From positions 1-64,000 of the IMG/VR virus record IMGVR_UViG_3300012122_000001: a stretch of 64,000 nucleotides of DNA, one strand, 5' to 3'. Position numbers and translations under genes: made by a program. Numbering within the stretch: the first letter of the stretch is position 1; every line of letters begins with the position of its first letter. The notes under the pieces were generated by a model. The model had not been told where the DNA came from and made no database searches. It saw only the letters and a program-made list of their open reading frames with translations. Shown here one piece after another: positions 61,926 to 64,000 of the stretch. The stretch is from a virus (Duplodnaviria; Caudoviricetes).

Positions 61926-62933
61926 CTACCCTAACGAGATCTCCTCCCAGTCCTTCATCACCCGATCGAGAACCACGTCGGATCGGAACCTTGCCGCGCT
62001 CCGGACCGCGGCAGTGCTGACTTCCTCGAACCCCTGGTCCGAAAGGTCGATCGCCATGCGGATCAGCGACTCGGCGTGCTCGACCGAGGTGTAGGTGCTC
62101 CCGGCGCCGCCCAGGTAATCCAGCACCTCCGGCCCCTGGTTCCTGGCGAGGACGTAGGCGCCGGTCGCCATCGCCTCGGCGATCGACACCGGCATCCCGA
62201 ATGGGTGGGAGGTCGGATCCGACGTGCTCATGTAGATCCCGGCCATGCGGACGAGGTCCGCGGCGTCCTTCCTGCTGATGTTTGTCTGGATCTGGACGCG
62301 ACCACCGAGCTTCCTGTTGAGCGCGTTCATCTTGTCGACGACCTCGGACTCCTTCCCGATCACGGTGTTGATGCCCAGGACGAACTTGGCATCCTCGACC
62401 TTGTTTCCGGCGATGATGAAGTGGTCCAAGGACTTCGTGGGGAGACCAGCCGTCAGCCGCAGCACGGAGCGCCGGATCTTCCAGCTCTGGTAGTACAGGG
62501 TCGGGTCGTACGCCACCGGGAGCGGAACAATCTTGTCGTAGAGCTCCTGGGACTTTAGAAACAGGCAGCTCAACCGCTTCGCGAAGTGCGGGAATGCGTA
62601 CAGCTTCCTGACTGCCGGATTTGAGAGGACGTTGGTCGCGCGCCCTTCGCTCCAGTCGAACGAGTGAGCCCTGACGGTCACCTTCCTGGGAAGGCTTTTG
62701 ATGTAGTACTCCGCCGTCGTCATGTGGTGGACGTGGATGACGTTCGGGTTGAAGCCGGAGATCGCCTCCTGGAGGGTTTTCCGGTGGACCTTGACCGGCA
62801 GCTTGTCCCCGTATCCGGACTGCGGCGACCAGATCTCGATCTGGACCCCGCGGCTGAGGAAGTACGAGATCTCCGCCTCGACGTAGGACTCGGATCCCTG
62901 GGGGTAGTGCGCCAGGATGTAGAGAGTCTTCAT
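61926..62933 (-). CDS. GT-B (GT4-like) glycosyltransferase
   Basis: YP..SESYVEAEI, IHVHH, GMPVSIAEAMATGAYVLA. Confidence 0.8.
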   Translation of the reverse strand: MKTLYILAHYPQGSESYVEAEISYFLSRGVQIEIWSPQSGYGDKLPVKVHRKTLQEAISGFNPNVIHVHHMTTAEYYIKSLPRKVTVRAHSFDWSEGRATNVLSNPAVRKLYAFPHFAKRLSCLFLKSQELYDKIVPLPVAYDPTLYYQSWKIRRSVLRLTAGLPTKSLDHFIIAGNKVEDAKFVLGINTVIGKESEVVDKMNALNRKLGGRVQIQTNISRKDAADLVRMAGIYMSTSDPTSHPFGMPVSIAEAMATGAYVLARNQGPEVLDYLGGAGSTYTSVEHAESLIRMAIDLSDQGFEEVSTAAVRSAARFRSDVVLDRVMKDWEEISLG

Positions 62934-63535
62934 ATTCCGTGCTTCGTAAAAAGCGCCGACAACGCATCGGTCGCGCAAACTCCGGACGTGATACCGACGT
63001 CGATCTGGTGGAGCGTGAAGAGATTCCTGTTGATGTAAGATCCACGGAGGCCCTTCGAGAAGGCCATGGTCAGCCAAAGGTCCCAGTCCTGGAACCTCTT
63101 CAGCTTCGGATCGAACCCAGGGAACGCGGAGGTTCGAATTAAGCTCGTCGTATTGATGTAGTTTGATTTCAGAAGACGATCTGGATTGAACGCTCCAGGA
63201 TACATGTCTCCGGATGCTTGGTCCCACTCCAGGCCGTCCGCGACTTTGATCGTGTAGTCGGAGTAGACGAACGAAACGCCGTCGTCCTTCTCGATCTCCT
63301 CGACCATCGCCCGGAGACACTCCGGACGGATCTCGCAGTCGTCGTCGACGAACAGGATGAACTTCTGATTCGCCGCCTTGGCGCCGGAGTTCCGCTTCTC
63401 GTTCCCGTTCCCAGGCCCAAAGACGACGATGGTCTGAGCAGGATCCGCGGCCCTGACGGAGGGCAGGCACCGCTCCGTCAGGAACTTGTACCGCGAGTCG
63501 ATCGTCGGGATCACGACGGTGACTGGATAGGTCAT
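62930..63535 (-). CDS. GT-A (GT2) glycosyltransferase
   Basis: VTVVIPT, KRNSGAKAA..FILFVDDD, FQDWDLWL. Confidence 0.85.
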   Translation of the reverse strand: MTYPVTVVIPTIDSRYKFLTERCLPSVRAADPAQTIVVFGPGNGNEKRNSGAKAANQKFILFVDDDCEIRPECLRAMVEEIEKDDGVSFVYSDYTIKVADGLEWDQASGDMYPGAFNPDRLLKSNYINTTSLIRTSAFPGFDPKLKRFQDWDLWLTMAFSKGLRGSYINRNLFTLHQIDVGITSGVCATDALSALFTKHGI

Positions 63536-63669
63536 TTCTTCTGGTCTTCCTTGCTGATAACGATCAGTGGCCCAAAGCTCTCCGCCGACCAGCTCACCGT
63601 GACGCAAATGATGAAGAGGTACAGCAGCGTCCACCAGGGATGAGCGTCGATGTACTGAATAAGCGTCAT
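63532..63669 (-). CDS. small membrane protein
   Basis: PWWTLLYLFIICVTV TM. Confidence 0.45.
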   Translation of the reverse strand: MTLIQYIDAHPWWTLLYLFIICVTVSWSAESFGPLIVISKEDQKK

Positions 63670-63671
63670 AG

Positions 63672-63866
63672 TCAAGCCCTCGCCTTCCTCTCTTTTGGCC
63701 TGATGTCCATCGACCGCTCGATGGCAGGAGACCGGTAATATACCGTCCGCCTCTTGCACTTCGGGCATGGCGGTCGCTCGATCGGCTCCCCGCGCATCTC
63801 GGTTCGGTAGCGACGACCCTTCCAGGCGCAAACGCCGCAGTGAACCGCGACCGTTTTCGTCTCCAT
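63672..63866 (-). CDS. zinc-ribbon protein
   Basis: CGVC...CPKC; TAATG coupling. Confidence 0.55.
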   Translation of the reverse strand: METKTVAVHCGVCAWKGRRYRTEMRGEPIERPPCPKCKRRTVYYRSPAIERSMDIRPKERKARA

Positions 63867-64000
63867 TAGAGCTGGGCCCCATACCAAGTCATCAGGGCGA
63901 AGTTTGCAACGTCGACCGCCTCCTTCTTGATCTTCTCGCGCTCCGCAGGCTTGGTGATGATGCTGATGTGTCCCCAGGCGACGCGGTCGAGCTCCCGGAC
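63866..64000 (-). CDS. MazG/dNTP-pyrophosphohydrolase-like protein, partial (C-terminus)
   Basis: Manual translation ...EKIKKEAVDVANFALMTW. Confidence 0.5.
   Translation of the reverse strand, partial: VRELDRVAWGHISIITKPAEREKIKKEAVDVANFALMTWYGAQL

Noticed and set aside
1-64000. tRNA, rRNA and host housekeeping genes or a prophage boundary
   Set aside because: No cloverleaf/T-loop signature or cellular core gene was spotted by eye; tRNAscan-SE would be needed to exclude tRNAs formally

Overview
The whole window looks like part of one high-GC prokaryotic virus genome larger than 64 kb. I recognised no host housekeeping genes, rRNA, tRNA or CRISPR array. It has three blocks. (1) 1-9.1 kb, minus strand: a replication/recombination module (primase-polymerase fused to an SF3 helicase, SSB-like protein, Sak4/AAA_24-like ATPase, DinG/XPD-like Fe-S helicase) with an origin-like inverted-repeat locus. 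(2) 9.4-42.0 kb, plus strand: a virion morphogenesis operon. It has no recognisable terminase, portal, HK97 capsid or tail genes. Instead it encodes a transglutaminase-fold cysteine protease, a 1213-aa protein built from small modules separated by Asn-Pro linkers, a protamine-like Arg-rich membrane protein, and three probable jelly-roll capsid proteins (one single, one tandem double, one penton-like). It also encodes spike/adhesin proteins, a Lys-rich amphipathic protein and many C-terminally anchored membrane proteins sharing a G-[LMIV]-G-[DE] motif. (3) 42.0-64 kb, minus strand: accessory genes (HNH nuclease, anti-defence-like small proteins, HerA-like ATPase, tyrosine recombinase, glycosyl- and methyltransferases, MazG-like enzymes). 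The best reading is an unusually large tail-less, membrane-containing jelly-roll virus of bacteria with an adenovirus-like but probably convergent proteolytic maturation programme and a modular cargo polyprotein. All family assignments come from visual motif recognition; no searches or structure predictions were run.
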